Shown here one piece after another: positions 25,749 to 34,188 of a stretch of 44,732 nt of DNA. Every line of letters begins with the position of its first letter. The stretch's first letter is position 1. Both the position numbers and the translations under genes were made by a program. Under the pieces are notes generated by a model. The model searched no databases. It saw nothing but the letters and a program-made list of their open reading frames with translations, and was not told the origin of the DNA. Origin of the DNA: a virus; the IMG/VR virus record IMGVR_UViG_3300000948_000001, positions 1 through 44,732 of that record; one strand, written 5' to 3'.

Positions 25749-26528
25749 ATGACCGATAGCAAAAATTTTAGTGAACCTATTTTAAGAGTTGGTGACGGTG
25801 TCCAAGCTGAAGAAAGTGGTATAGCTTCCAATCAGCCGGGTATGGCAGATCCTTCAATTACTTACAAACCTGCTAACAAACGTTGGGAATATACTAACGA
25901 TGGGGTTTTGTCTCACGTAGTTGGTGCATTACCTCAGTTTCCAACGCAAGCAGCTGCCATCGCAGCTGGGCTAAACAAAAACGGTTTAATGTATTTCAAC
26001 ACCACCGTAAATAACAAACAGGTTTGGATTGATGACCCCGCCGGTGATGGAAGTGTTGCGGCTCGGTTTATGCCTATATCGCTAGTTGACTCACACTTGG
26101 TCGCTATCTGTACAACTGGTCAGGTTGTTCCTACAGCTGGCGGTGTAAACATAATTCACAACATTATTGCGAATGACAACTTAGGACAATACAACGCAGC
26201 AACTGGTGGCTACGGCATTACATCTACGGGATTGTATGTTGTCATAAACCATGTATCTCTGGTTCAACCATCGGGTGGTATATCTCAAGTTGTGGAGGCT
26301 TCTGTGGCTGTTTCAGGAGCAAATAACTACACAATGCTTGGTACTCAATACAATGGAACGAACTTTGTCACAAGTGCAGGTACGGCTATTTGTGCTTTCA
26401 CGAGAAGAATTGCCGCTGGTAGTACTATTTTTGGAAGAATCTTCCAAGACAATAGTAGCGGCATTTCACTGCCTTTAAGGTCAGTCAGTTTTAGAAACCA
26501 TTTAACAATCGCAAAGGTGGCAGAATGA
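25749..26528 (+). CDS. putative distal tail fibre / receptor-binding protein, fibre locus 1
   Basis: Position; G/A/T/N-rich beta-type composition. Confidence 0.45.
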   Translation: MTDSKNFSEPILRVGDGVQAEESGIASNQPGMADPSITYKPANKRWEYTNDGVLSHVVGALPQFPTQAAAIAAGLNKNGLMYFNTTVNNKQVWIDDPAGDGSVAARFMPISLVDSHLVAICTTGQVVPTAGGVNIIHNIIANDNLGQYNAATGGYGITSTGLYVVINHVSLVQPSGGISQVVEASVAVSGANNYTMLGTQYNGTNFVTSAGTAICAFTRRIAAGSTIFGRIFQDNSSGISLPLRSVSFRNHLTIAKVAE

Positions 26529-26833
26529 AAAAGTATAGTTTAACTGTGAATGGTATGTCTTATGAAATACGTTCGGATAAAAAATTAGAAGACTCTTTTG
26601 ATACTACTGAAATTGTTTTGCCGGATGGGACAACAAAAGAAGTTGGTGGTATTCCAAAAGTTTGGAGCGACAACTTAGATAAAGTGGTTGAAGAAGACAT
26701 CACAGAATTAATGCAGTCAGATGAAAGAATAAGAAAGAAAAGAAAAACTTTTGATGCATTAATTGCTGATGAATCTGTTTTAGACAATTTAATTGAAGAT
26801 CTTACAGAACGTAAAAATAGAACAAAACAATAA
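26525..26833 (+). CDS. hypothetical protein (possible fibre assembly factor)
   Basis: ATGA-coupled to the preceding fibre gene. Confidence 0.4.
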   Translation: MKKYSLTVNGMSYEIRSDKKLEDSFDTTEIVLPDGTTKEVGGIPKVWSDNLDKVVEEDITELMQSDERIRKKRKTFDALIADESVLDNLIEDLTERKNRTKQ

Positions 26834-26856
26834 TATAAAAATAGGGAGGGGCTAAA

Positions 26857-27162
26857 ATGGAAGTGATTAAACAGATATTTGGTTACGTAATAACACACGG
26901 TGCGGCTATCGCAGGTATTTTATTAACTGTGGTGGGTGTTGCCGAAGCAATCGTGAGGCTTACACCAACTGAAAAAGACGACACTGCGGTTGAGCGTGTT
27001 GGTAAGTGGATTCGCAAGGGTATTGATTACGCAAGTAAGTTCGTGCCTAATAAGAAAAAAGGCGGCGGTGAGCACGTAAAGCAGTGTGAAAAAGAATGCG
27101 ATAAAGAGTTTAGCCAAAAAGACATTGAGACAAAAGAAAACGAAATTAAGGCTCAAGGGTAA
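26857..27162 (+). CDS. single-pass membrane protein (holin candidate) with a TPTEKDD motif
   Basis: GGGAGGGG RBS; TM segment AAIAGILLTVVGVAEAIV; charged C-terminus. Confidence 0.45.
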   Translation: MEVIKQIFGYVITHGAAIAGILLTVVGVAEAIVRLTPTEKDDTAVERVGKWIRKGIDYASKFVPNKKKGGGEHVKQCEKECDKEFSQKDIETKENEIKAQG

Positions 27163-27377
27163 TGAAATTACTTGGTGCTATATACACACTCATAATGGTG
27201 CTTCCAGAACTTTTAAGGGTTTTGAAGTCCATTGAAGCCCGTGCCGATACCAATGCGAAAAAAGAATTAGTTAAAAAAGATTTCAAGAAAATAGCGGACG
27301 CCTTCGAAACAGGGGACGCCGAAATGTTAAAAAGAATTTTTACAAATAAGGAGTTAGAAGATGGGAGCGAGAGTTAG
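27162..27377 (+). CDS. small protein with a hydrophobic N-terminus (holin/antiholin candidate)
   Basis: TAATG coupling; N-terminus MKLLGAIYTLIMVLPELL. Confidence 0.4.
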   Translation: MKLLGAIYTLIMVLPELLRVLKSIEARADTNAKKELVKKDFKKIADAFETGDAEMLKRIFTNKELEDGSES

Positions 27378-27663
27378 TTCATATAAGGTTAGCGTCACAA
27401 CTGCAGGCGTAAGTATAGCACCGCCTTCCGGCGATCCGGTTAGGGCTTATGATGTTGTTGTAGTCCCTGACGCTGGGGTAAGCGTTTTAATAGGCACCGA
27501 AGGTGAAGAAAACTTTTTAGTTCCATCTAGTGGCATGTCACTTGGTGATGTTCATAGATACTCAAGTGAAGAGTGTTGGGATTTAGATAAGATTTTTTTG
27601 AAAGCAGACGCTACGGCTGGTGATGTTAGCATTTTAATTTCGGAGATTAAAGATGGGAATTAA
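27361..27663 (+). CDS. hypothetical protein (100 aa)
   Basis: AAGGAG RBS. Confidence 0.55.
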   Translation: MGARVSSYKVSVTTAGVSIAPPSGDPVRAYDVVVVPDAGVSVLIGTEGEENFLVPSSGMSLGDVHRYSSEECWDLDKIFLKADATAGDVSILISEIKDGN

Positions 27664-29491
27664 TATATTTGGCTCTAGTTCTAATGCCGGTGTAAATACT
27701 GGGGGAGCTGTGAGTAGCGTTAATGGTGAAACTGGTGATGTGGTAATACAGGAAACTAATTCGCTTTCTCAGTTTCTAAATACTTGGAACGTTGCTAATT
27801 CAACCGTTGAACAAGTAGTAACTGATGTCGGTGCGGCTGTTAGGATTACTGATGACTCGGGTAATTTTGAAAACGTCAACCTGCAAGCTGACTTGCCTTT
27901 AACAAAAGATAGGGTTGTTAAGTTTTCTGTAAGGTTAGATTCTTCAGCCACTAATACAGCATTACTTAGGTTATCATTGTCTGGCGTTCCTTCAGATTTC
28001 AGAGTCAACTTATCGGATGGTTCAACTTCCACCGGCACAACTAGACCACCTACGGTTTTAAAAGCAGAAGTTAACGAAAATGTAGGGACGTATCTTATAA
28101 AATATCCTGCTTTCTCTGATTGGACTACATGGAGTATTTCACCATCGGTTCAAACAAGTAGTGCGGCCGATCAAGGCTCGGTGGATATTTTGTGTCTTGA
28201 TTTAAACCACGGTGATTTAACTGTAGATTCAGTTACAAATAACATTTCTGGTTTCCATATGATTGGCCAAAGAGATGAGCCAGCTGCAACAATAGACCTT
28301 CCAAGTAATATCGTGACTGGTCATAACTTTACACAAATTTTGCAGGATCATCCTGCGGCGGTTTTGCGTGTTAAGGTTAGGGATCAAAACCCAGCCGCAA
28401 CTAGACCTTGGGATATTACAGAGATTGATATCAAGCAGATGGTTGAAAACTTTAACGCTGGTATTGCCACCGCTCATGCTTTTATTCACGTTCACGACAA
28501 TGATTTTATAACGGTAAACGTAGTAGATCCTGCCACGGGTGAAATTGCTTTGGTCGACAATGGTAGACAGATGCACTATTGTTGGTCCGAGGTTGCTTCT
28601 TTTATTGAAACACCGCCGCTTCATAAATTTATAGCTCACGAGCAATCGCTTCCTATAGCAAACCCAGTCGTTGGGTGGGACGTAAACAAAAGTGAAGGGC
28701 TAACCAATGACGGTTCTCTCGTAACGATTACCAAGGAAGCTGACTACTTAATAAATGGTGGCGGTATTCGAGGCGGCGGCTTTTCAGTAACTGCTCGCCT
28801 TCGCATAAATGGGGTTGTCGTATTGTCTCGTGGGGATGAAAACGAATCGACAAATACCGAAGGTGGGGACATAAGTATTGTCAGACATCTAAATGTTGGC
28901 GACACGGTAGCTATGGGTTTTAATTCAGGTGGAACTGGCTCCATATCTCAAGCTCACTTTTCTGTTATCGAGCTTCCAAATACGGCACCTATAAACGCAT
29001 CATCAAATTCGGCTACACCAGCCGAAGCTGCTTTCGAAGGTTTTAGAGCATTGGCAGGGGTGCAAACAGTTATTGTGAATCAAGCTCCAGAGCCGATCAA
29101 CTACAGCTCTGCGTCCGATCACTACGATACAACTGGTGGGTATGACCGAACAACGCAAACATTCACTGCTCCTAAGGCAGGGTTTTGGAAGTTGAAGGCT
29201 CAGGCTACTGATGAAGAGTTTAGAGAAAAAGCTATTACTATGGATTTAATAATAGCTGTAAATGATGTTTTTAAAGCAATCGCTAGTGAGTCTAATGCTG
29301 AAGCAGTAACAACGACCAGAGCTATTACTACAATAACAGTCGAAGAGACATTACTTTTAGAAGTAGGTGATAAAGTTACGATCCTTGGTTTTTGTAGAGG
29401 TGGTAGTTTTGTTTTGGCAGGTTCTAACAGTGGTGTGAGAAATAGTTTTTCAGGTTCTTTTCAAGGACTGGGACCAGTTACAACACCTTAA
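27653..29491 (+). CDS. large tail fibre/spike-like protein, fibre locus 2
   Basis: 612 aa. The N-terminal VSSVNGETGDVVI motif recurs at fibre N-termini. The composition is beta-rich. Confidence 0.5.
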   Translation: MGINIFGSSSNAGVNTGGAVSSVNGETGDVVIQETNSLSQFLNTWNVANSTVEQVVTDVGAAVRITDDSGNFENVNLQADLPLTKDRVVKFSVRLDSSATNTALLRLSLSGVPSDFRVNLSDGSTSTGTTRPPTVLKAEVNENVGTYLIKYPAFSDWTTWSISPSVQTSSAADQGSVDILCLDLNHGDLTVDSVTNNISGFHMIGQRDEPAATIDLPSNIVTGHNFTQILQDHPAAVLRVKVRDQNPAATRPWDITEIDIKQMVENFNAGIATAHAFIHVHDNDFITVNVVDPATGEIALVDNGRQMHYCWSEVASFIETPPLHKFIAHEQSLPIANPVVGWDVNKSEGLTNDGSLVTITKEADYLINGGGIRGGGFSVTARLRINGVVVLSRGDENESTNTEGGDISIVRHLNVGDTVAMGFNSGGTGSISQAHFSVIELPNTAPINASSNSATPAEAAFEGFRALAGVQTVIVNQAPEPINYSSASDHYDTTGGYDRTTQTFTAPKAGFWKLKAQATDEEFREKAITMDLIIAVNDVFKAIASESNAEAVTTTRAITTITVEETLLLEVGDKVTILGFCRGGSFVLAGSNSGVRNSFSGSFQGLGPVTTP

Positions 29492-29506
29492 TTACCTTTA
29501 AATAAA

Positions 29507-29543
29507 GCGTAAGAATTGAAAAAATTAAATTCAATTCTTACGC
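29507..29543 (+). terminator. 14-bp perfect stem hairpin (GCGTAAGAATTGAA / TTCAATTCTTACGC), putative terminator or RNA-stabilising element
   Basis: Read directly. It lies 16 nt after the stop of 27653..29491 and has no T-run on the + strand. Confidence 0.5.
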
Positions 29544-29556
29544 ATGGAAAAAACCT

Positions 29557-29739
29557 ATGAAGAAAACACTATTATTAATTCTTATCTCAGCGATTTCAAC
29601 CGGTTGTGTCTCGGCTCCTAAACCCGTGACGTTTGACGCCGATTGGGAATTCAAAGGCGATGGTAAAGATAAGAAAGCCTGTTTGAGCATGGAAGACGTG
29701 CAACGACTTAGGGAGATTCTTATCACAAAATGTGAATAA
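29557..29739 (+). CDS. small lipoprotein (o-spanin candidate)
   Basis: Signal peptide MKKTLLLILISAISTGC with a lipobox Cys; 60 aa; adjacent to the TM coiled-coil protein and the endolysin. Confidence 0.55.
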   Translation: MKKTLLLILISAISTGCVSAPKPVTFDADWEFKGDGKDKKACLSMEDVQRLREILITKCE

Positions 29740-29753
29740 ATTAGGGGGGCCAA

Positions 29754-30329
29754 ATGGTAAGCGAAGTAGTTCAATTTTTTGAAACTGTTTTACCCAATCC
29801 CCTCGAAAAAATCATAGTACTGGGAGCACTCGCTCTAGTTTGGTACTTCATAAAAGACTTCAAAAACAAAACCGAAAACTCCATAAAAGAAATAGAGCCT
29901 TTAAAATACCTCATTGAAATGCTGCGTTCTGATATGCAGGCAATGCGTGAGACTATTGGCACGCATAAAGAAACCCTCGGTAAAGCCAACAAGGGCATCA
30001 AAGGTGACTTCCTTGATCTGAGAAAAGAACTTATGGACTCGACCGAGCAGCTTAACAGCCTCGTTCAGGAAGTGAGATATGACTTTCTCGACACCCAAAA
30101 GGATACTGTTTCGGTTGCTAGTAAACTGGAACTAATAATAAAAGACCTTGATCAAAAATATGGTCAAACAGTCAAGCTCGAAGACGAAGTAAAAGAAATG
30201 ACAAAAAAGTTTTCGAGAACCGAAATGGGATACGATTGGGTTAAAAAAGCCGTTGAATACAATAAGCACGAACTTGAAAAAGCCAACTCAAACATCTCTG
30301 CATTAATAAAAAACATGGAAAGTAAATAA
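29754..30329 (+). CDS. N-terminal TM, coiled-coil protein (i-spanin candidate)
   Basis: GGGGGG RBS; TM segment IIVLGALALVWYFI; long helical charged periplasmic part. Confidence 0.5.
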   Translation: MVSEVVQFFETVLPNPLEKIIVLGALALVWYFIKDFKNKTENSIKEIEPLKYLIEMLRSDMQAMRETIGTHKETLGKANKGIKGDFLDLRKELMDSTEQLNSLVQEVRYDFLDTQKDTVSVASKLELIIKDLDQKYGQTVKLEDEVKEMTKKFSRTEMGYDWVKKAVEYNKHELEKANSNISALIKNMESK

Positions 30330-30345
30330 TGAGAGGGGGCAAGTT

Positions 30346-30834
30346 TTGGAGTTTAAAGAGGCTGTCGAAATAATATTAAAACATGAGGGTGGTTATGTAA
30401 ACGATCCCAATGATCCGGGTGGGGAAACCAAGTACGGTATTTCTAAAAGAGCATACCCGAAAATTAATATTAAAAGACTTACAAAAAAAGATGCAAGAGA
30501 AATTTATAAAAAACATTATTGGAATAAAATAAAAGCGGATAAACTACCGCCGGAAATTCGTTTAGCTATGTTTGATTTTGCCGTAAACAGCGGTGTTTAT
30601 AGGGCTATAAGCCTTATTCAAAAAATCGTGAAGGCTAAAAGAGATGGTGTGTTAGGACCAAAAACTTTGCGAAAAATTTCATTAAACAACCCAGCAAAAA
30701 TTACCGAGAGGTTTCTGAAAGAGAGAACTTATTTTTATTTCAGGAATAAGAACTTTTCTATTTATGGAAAAGGTTGGATGAAAAGACTTGTTGATATCGC
30801 TCATAGGTCTAGTTATCCATCCGAAATTTGTTAA
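30346..30834 (+). CDS. endolysin, glycoside hydrolase family 108 with a PG_binding_3 domain
   Basis: ILKHEGGYVNDPNDPGGETKYGIS is the GH108 signature. The C-terminal RDGVLGPKT pattern is the peptidoglycan-binding domain. TTG start after GAGGGGG. Confidence 0.9.
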   Translation: MEFKEAVEIILKHEGGYVNDPNDPGGETKYGISKRAYPKINIKRLTKKDAREIYKKHYWNKIKADKLPPEIRLAMFDFAVNSGVYRAISLIQKIVKAKRDGVLGPKTLRKISLNNPAKITERFLKERTYFYFRNKNFSIYGKGWMKRLVDIAHRSSYPSEIC

Positions 30835-30855
30835 CCAAGAAAAAGGAAAAAAACT

Positions 30856-31263
30856 ATGGCAACAACAAAAATTCGTAACGCCCAGATTAAAGACGCTACT
30901 ATTGAGATCGGCAAAGTAGCTGACAATTTTCTAGGTGGAGCTGACTGGGACATTTCAGGTGGTGCAAATGACGCTACTATTACAGGTCTAGTTGCAGGTG
31001 TTAACCCAAATGACGCTGTTAACGTTCAGCAGTTAACTGATGCGACAGATGCCAAATGCGACACAGAAGAGTTTGACGTAGCGGCTGACGGTGAAGTTTT
31101 CACACTAGCTCAAACACCTTTGGCAGGTTTAAAAAACCTTCACGTTTTTCTAAACGGCCTAAGACTATCTTCTGGTGAATATACTATTGCAGGTGCAGAC
31201 CTAACAGTAACGTCACCAACGGTTGAAATTGGTGACTGTGTAGTAGTCGATTACAGATACTAA
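30856..31263 (+). CDS. fibre-like structural protein, fibre locus 3
   Basis: N-terminal KIRNAQIKDATIEIGKV and NPNDAVNVQQL motifs, typical of fibre/collar proteins. Confidence 0.45.
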   Translation: MATTKIRNAQIKDATIEIGKVADNFLGGADWDISGGANDATITGLVAGVNPNDAVNVQQLTDATDAKCDTEEFDVAADGEVFTLAQTPLAGLKNLHVFLNGLRLSSGEYTIAGADLTVTSPTVEIGDCVVVDYRY

Positions 31264-31282
31264 TTTTTAAAGGAGGCTTGGT

Positions 31283-31555
31283 TTGGGAAAACTAAAATCA
31301 GAACAGATTAAAGATGGTGAAGTCAAACGAGATGACATCAACGTAGATGAAACAGGTCAAGCCGTCATTACAAAAATCATTGCTGGAACCGGCGTTACTA
31401 TCACATCAACGGGTGTGGACGCTGGAACCGGCGATGTCACTATACAAGCGACAGGAACCGCAGTAGCAAGCGGCTTAAACCTAGACGGCGGAAGATCCGA
31501 CAGCCTTTATTTATCGGATTTATGTGTAGAGGGAGGTAATTCAAGTGGCAGTTAA
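31283..31555 (+). CDS. fibre-like structural protein (N-terminus paralogous to 30856..31263)
   Basis: TTG start after AAGGAGG; KLKSEQIKDGEV; G/T-rich repeats. Confidence 0.45.
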   Translation: MGKLKSEQIKDGEVKRDDINVDETGQAVITKIIAGTGVTITSTGVDAGTGDVTIQATGTAVASGLNLDGGRSDSLYLSDLCVEGGNSSGS

Positions 31556-32570
31556 AATACAACTACGAAGGGATACGGCATCAAACTGGACAACAAATAA
31601 TCCAGTATTAGCAGCTGGTGAACAAGGTCATGAGTCCGATACCGACAGAAGAAAAATAGGCAATGGTATTGATGACTGGAATACGCTGCCTTATCTTTTT
31701 GAGCAAGGTGACTCGCAAACCGCAACAAATACTAGTGCTATTGCCGCACTTATATTAGAGCAATCGGCTCAAGACTCAGCTATTACAGACAACTTAAACA
31801 ATACGGTGACCAACGCCGACGATATATTAGACCTTGAGACAGATCTAGAAGATCACGAAACAGATACAAACAATCCGCACGCAGTTACTTTTACCCAAGC
31901 GGTTCAAGCCGATCCGGCAACCGACATTACAGCTGTGGAAGCAGAAGAACTAACAGATGACAGTGTTACCGAGCTTCATAAACACTCGAACCTTTACGTT
32001 CCAAACGGTAGTGTAGCCGCACTAGAAACAAACGCAGCTTCTGGGATTATACTCCCAGCTTACCCCGCTACTAGAAACGACGGCGTTTCACAACAAGCAC
32101 TCACGACCTCGGATACTACGGGGCTAACAGAACGCAGAACCATACTTCCTTTTTACGCTTATTCTAAAAAGACAGCTGCCGAGTTTAACCAAACAACAAC
32201 GGAAGCAACGTACGACACACTAATTGCTTTACTACCTGAAGACGGTGACTACTTAATTAGGTGTTGGTTTATTTGGTCAATGAATAGTGGTGCTACTGAC
32301 ATAAACGTAGCTTTAAACTTAGATGGTACTGATTTGTTTAAAGTAAAAATGGAACCGCAAGACACGGCAGGTAACGCTGTGGCGGCAACCAACGTTAATA
32401 CAGGGGCCGCTGGGACAACGGGTACAGACCAAACTTACCCAGACATTTTAGAAGACATACAAACTCTAACAGCCGGTAACCACACAATAGAGATTCAGTG
32501 GGATGCATCAACAACCAACGATATTCCTACAATTCACAGATCAATCTTAAGTATCGAAAGGAAGGCATAA
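31545..32570 (+). CDS. tail fibre / receptor-binding protein with an Mtd_N/HylP-type N-terminal domain
   Basis: IQLRRDTASNWTTNNPVLAAGEQGHESDT.R.KIGNG.D.WN.LPY is a widely conserved fibre N-terminal motif; GTG start after GGGAGG. Confidence 0.65.
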   Translation: MAVKIQLRRDTASNWTTNNPVLAAGEQGHESDTDRRKIGNGIDDWNTLPYLFEQGDSQTATNTSAIAALILEQSAQDSAITDNLNNTVTNADDILDLETDLEDHETDTNNPHAVTFTQAVQADPATDITAVEAEELTDDSVTELHKHSNLYVPNGSVAALETNAASGIILPAYPATRNDGVSQQALTTSDTTGLTERRTILPFYAYSKKTAAEFNQTTTEATYDTLIALLPEDGDYLIRCWFIWSMNSGATDINVALNLDGTDLFKVKMEPQDTAGNAVAATNVNTGAAGTTGTDQTYPDILEDIQTLTAGNHTIEIQWDASTTNDIPTIHRSILSIERKA

Positions 32571-33211
32571 TGAACTTACTTGATGAATATTCAGAAGATG
32601 AACTATTAAAGCTTAATGCTAACTTTATTACGCTTGAAGGCGTGAAGTTAAAAAAGAAGGCTTGGTTAAAAGACCGTGGCCTAAGAATCAGACAAGATTA
32701 CGTAATACACGACACGGGAGAAACCAAAGTTTCTGAAGTGTATACATACCAGTATAAAAATGAAGGCCGAGAAGTTAGTTCCTACGAAAGAAAAATGGTT
32801 TGGCTTGATGGTGGTCTTCCTTTTATGGAAGTTATTACAACGCCGGATTTAACCATTGATCACCTGTCGGATGTAAATAAAGCGGCTCGCAATGCTCAAG
32901 TTGAATACCTAGAGCTATCGGCTGACAACCTTAGAAACCTTGCTGACACACTGCCAGAGCCTTACAGGTCTCAGTATATCCAAGTGGCTAACAGCATTGA
33001 CTTGCTACTTAATCACTACGAAACGGTCACCAGAAAATACCGTGAAAGGAAACTTCACACACTAGATTTTGAACATTCGGTAATGTTTGAAAGCAACCCA
33101 CAGATTTTGGCTATACACCAAATACCTGTAAGAAAACCCGATGACATATTCAAAAACGGCTTAAATGTTAAGCAAGCAATCATGTATCAACTTAAAGGAT
33201 TAATCCCGTGA
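32570..33211 (+). CDS. hypothetical protein (213 aa from ATG 32570)
   Basis: TAATG coupling after an AAGGAAGG RBS. The track start at 32498 would overlap the fibre gene. Confidence 0.55.
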   Translation: MNLLDEYSEDELLKLNANFITLEGVKLKKKAWLKDRGLRIRQDYVIHDTGETKVSEVYTYQYKNEGREVSSYERKMVWLDGGLPFMEVITTPDLTIDHLSDVNKAARNAQVEYLELSADNLRNLADTLPEPYRSQYIQVANSIDLLLNHYETVTRKYRERKLHTLDFEHSVMFESNPQILAIHQIPVRKPDDIFKNGLNVKQAIMYQLKGLIP

Positions 33212-33666
33212 ACAAAAAACGCATTCTAATTTTTACCGTTATGTTTTTCCTTTTCATTCCAGATGTCATTTGGTGCCTGTTTAACTTAATGCAAGCTGGC
33301 TTTGCTTACTTTTTGGGCTACGTGCTTGATAAATCGGGTATCAAAGAAGGCAAGAAAATCATGATGTATGGATTGAATATAGCCATATCCATTGACCAAT
33401 TTGCCGCTGTGAAAGCTATGGGTCAAGACTCAGATGTTACAATATCAATGGCTTTAGGTGTTGCGAAAACAAAACACGAGCTTGGCTTATGCCGTGTAAG
33501 CAAGTTCTGGCTTTGCTTTGGAGCTTTCGTCAATATCCTTTTTGGGTTTCAGGAAGACCATGTAAAGGAATCCATAGAGATCGAAGAAACTGCCGAGAAT
33601 ACGGTGATCCATTTATATGTTGACTGCAAAAAACTTGAAGAAGACAAAACAAGTAAAGCAGCTTAA
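33208..33666 (+). CDS. multi-pass membrane protein (152 aa)
   Basis: Three to four hydrophobic segments; GTG start after AAGGA. Confidence 0.55.
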   Translation: MNKKRILIFTVMFFLFIPDVIWCLFNLMQAGFAYFLGYVLDKSGIKEGKKIMMYGLNIAISIDQFAAVKAMGQDSDVTISMALGVAKTKHELGLCRVSKFWLCFGAFVNILFGFQEDHVKESIEIEETAENTVIHLYVDCKKLEEDKTSKAA

Positions 33667-33687
33667 AATAGTAAAAAAGGACATGTA

Positions 33688-34188
33688 TTGAGTAGTATTA
33701 AACGACAAGTTGGTGAAAAACTATTTTTGAACCTGCAGCTCCATGACGGTGAGGATAACTTTCCCGTCGAGGTTGTTGCAGACTTGTTTAATGCCGATGG
33801 TGTTAAAATCAACTTGCTGCCGATTGAACTCAACCATATCAGTGGCGGCTACTTTGTTGAGGCTTCACAGACCATGCCTAACACCGAGTTTGTTTTAGCT
33901 CAATATAGCGTACTTGAGCCGGGGGGTGGTGAATGTCCACACTACACACAAGAATCAGACCGCTTTGATAGGTCAATCCCGGTTCAAATACCTGCGAGTA
34001 TTGTTCCAAAACCTTTTGCGATAGTTGCGGTTTTAAAAGACAATCAAAAGATTCGTGCAAGTGTAAAAACAAGCGGCCGTGTTGCTGCCAATTTTGTTCA
34101 AAAAAGCAAAATCAGAGTTGATATTAGAGGATCAAGAACCAAGGTAAGTGTAAGAGAAAACAGAATCAAAGTAGAGGTAAAAGAATGA
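33688..34188 (+). CDS. hypothetical protein (166 aa)
   Basis: TTG start after AAGGA. Confidence 0.5.
   Translation: MSSIKRQVGEKLFLNLQLHDGEDNFPVEVVADLFNADGVKINLLPIELNHISGGYFVEASQTMPNTEFVLAQYSVLEPGGGECPHYTQESDRFDRSIPVQIPASIVPKPFAIVAVLKDNQKIRASVKTSGRVAANFVQKSKIRVDIRGSRTKVSVRENRIKVEVKE

Noticed and set aside
31545-32570. Possible diversity-generating retroelement, because the fibre N-terminus resembles the Mtd N-terminal domain.
   Set aside because: The window has no reverse transcriptase (no YxDD-type ORF) and no obvious template/variable repeat pair. The N-terminal motif is widespread in ordinary fibres.
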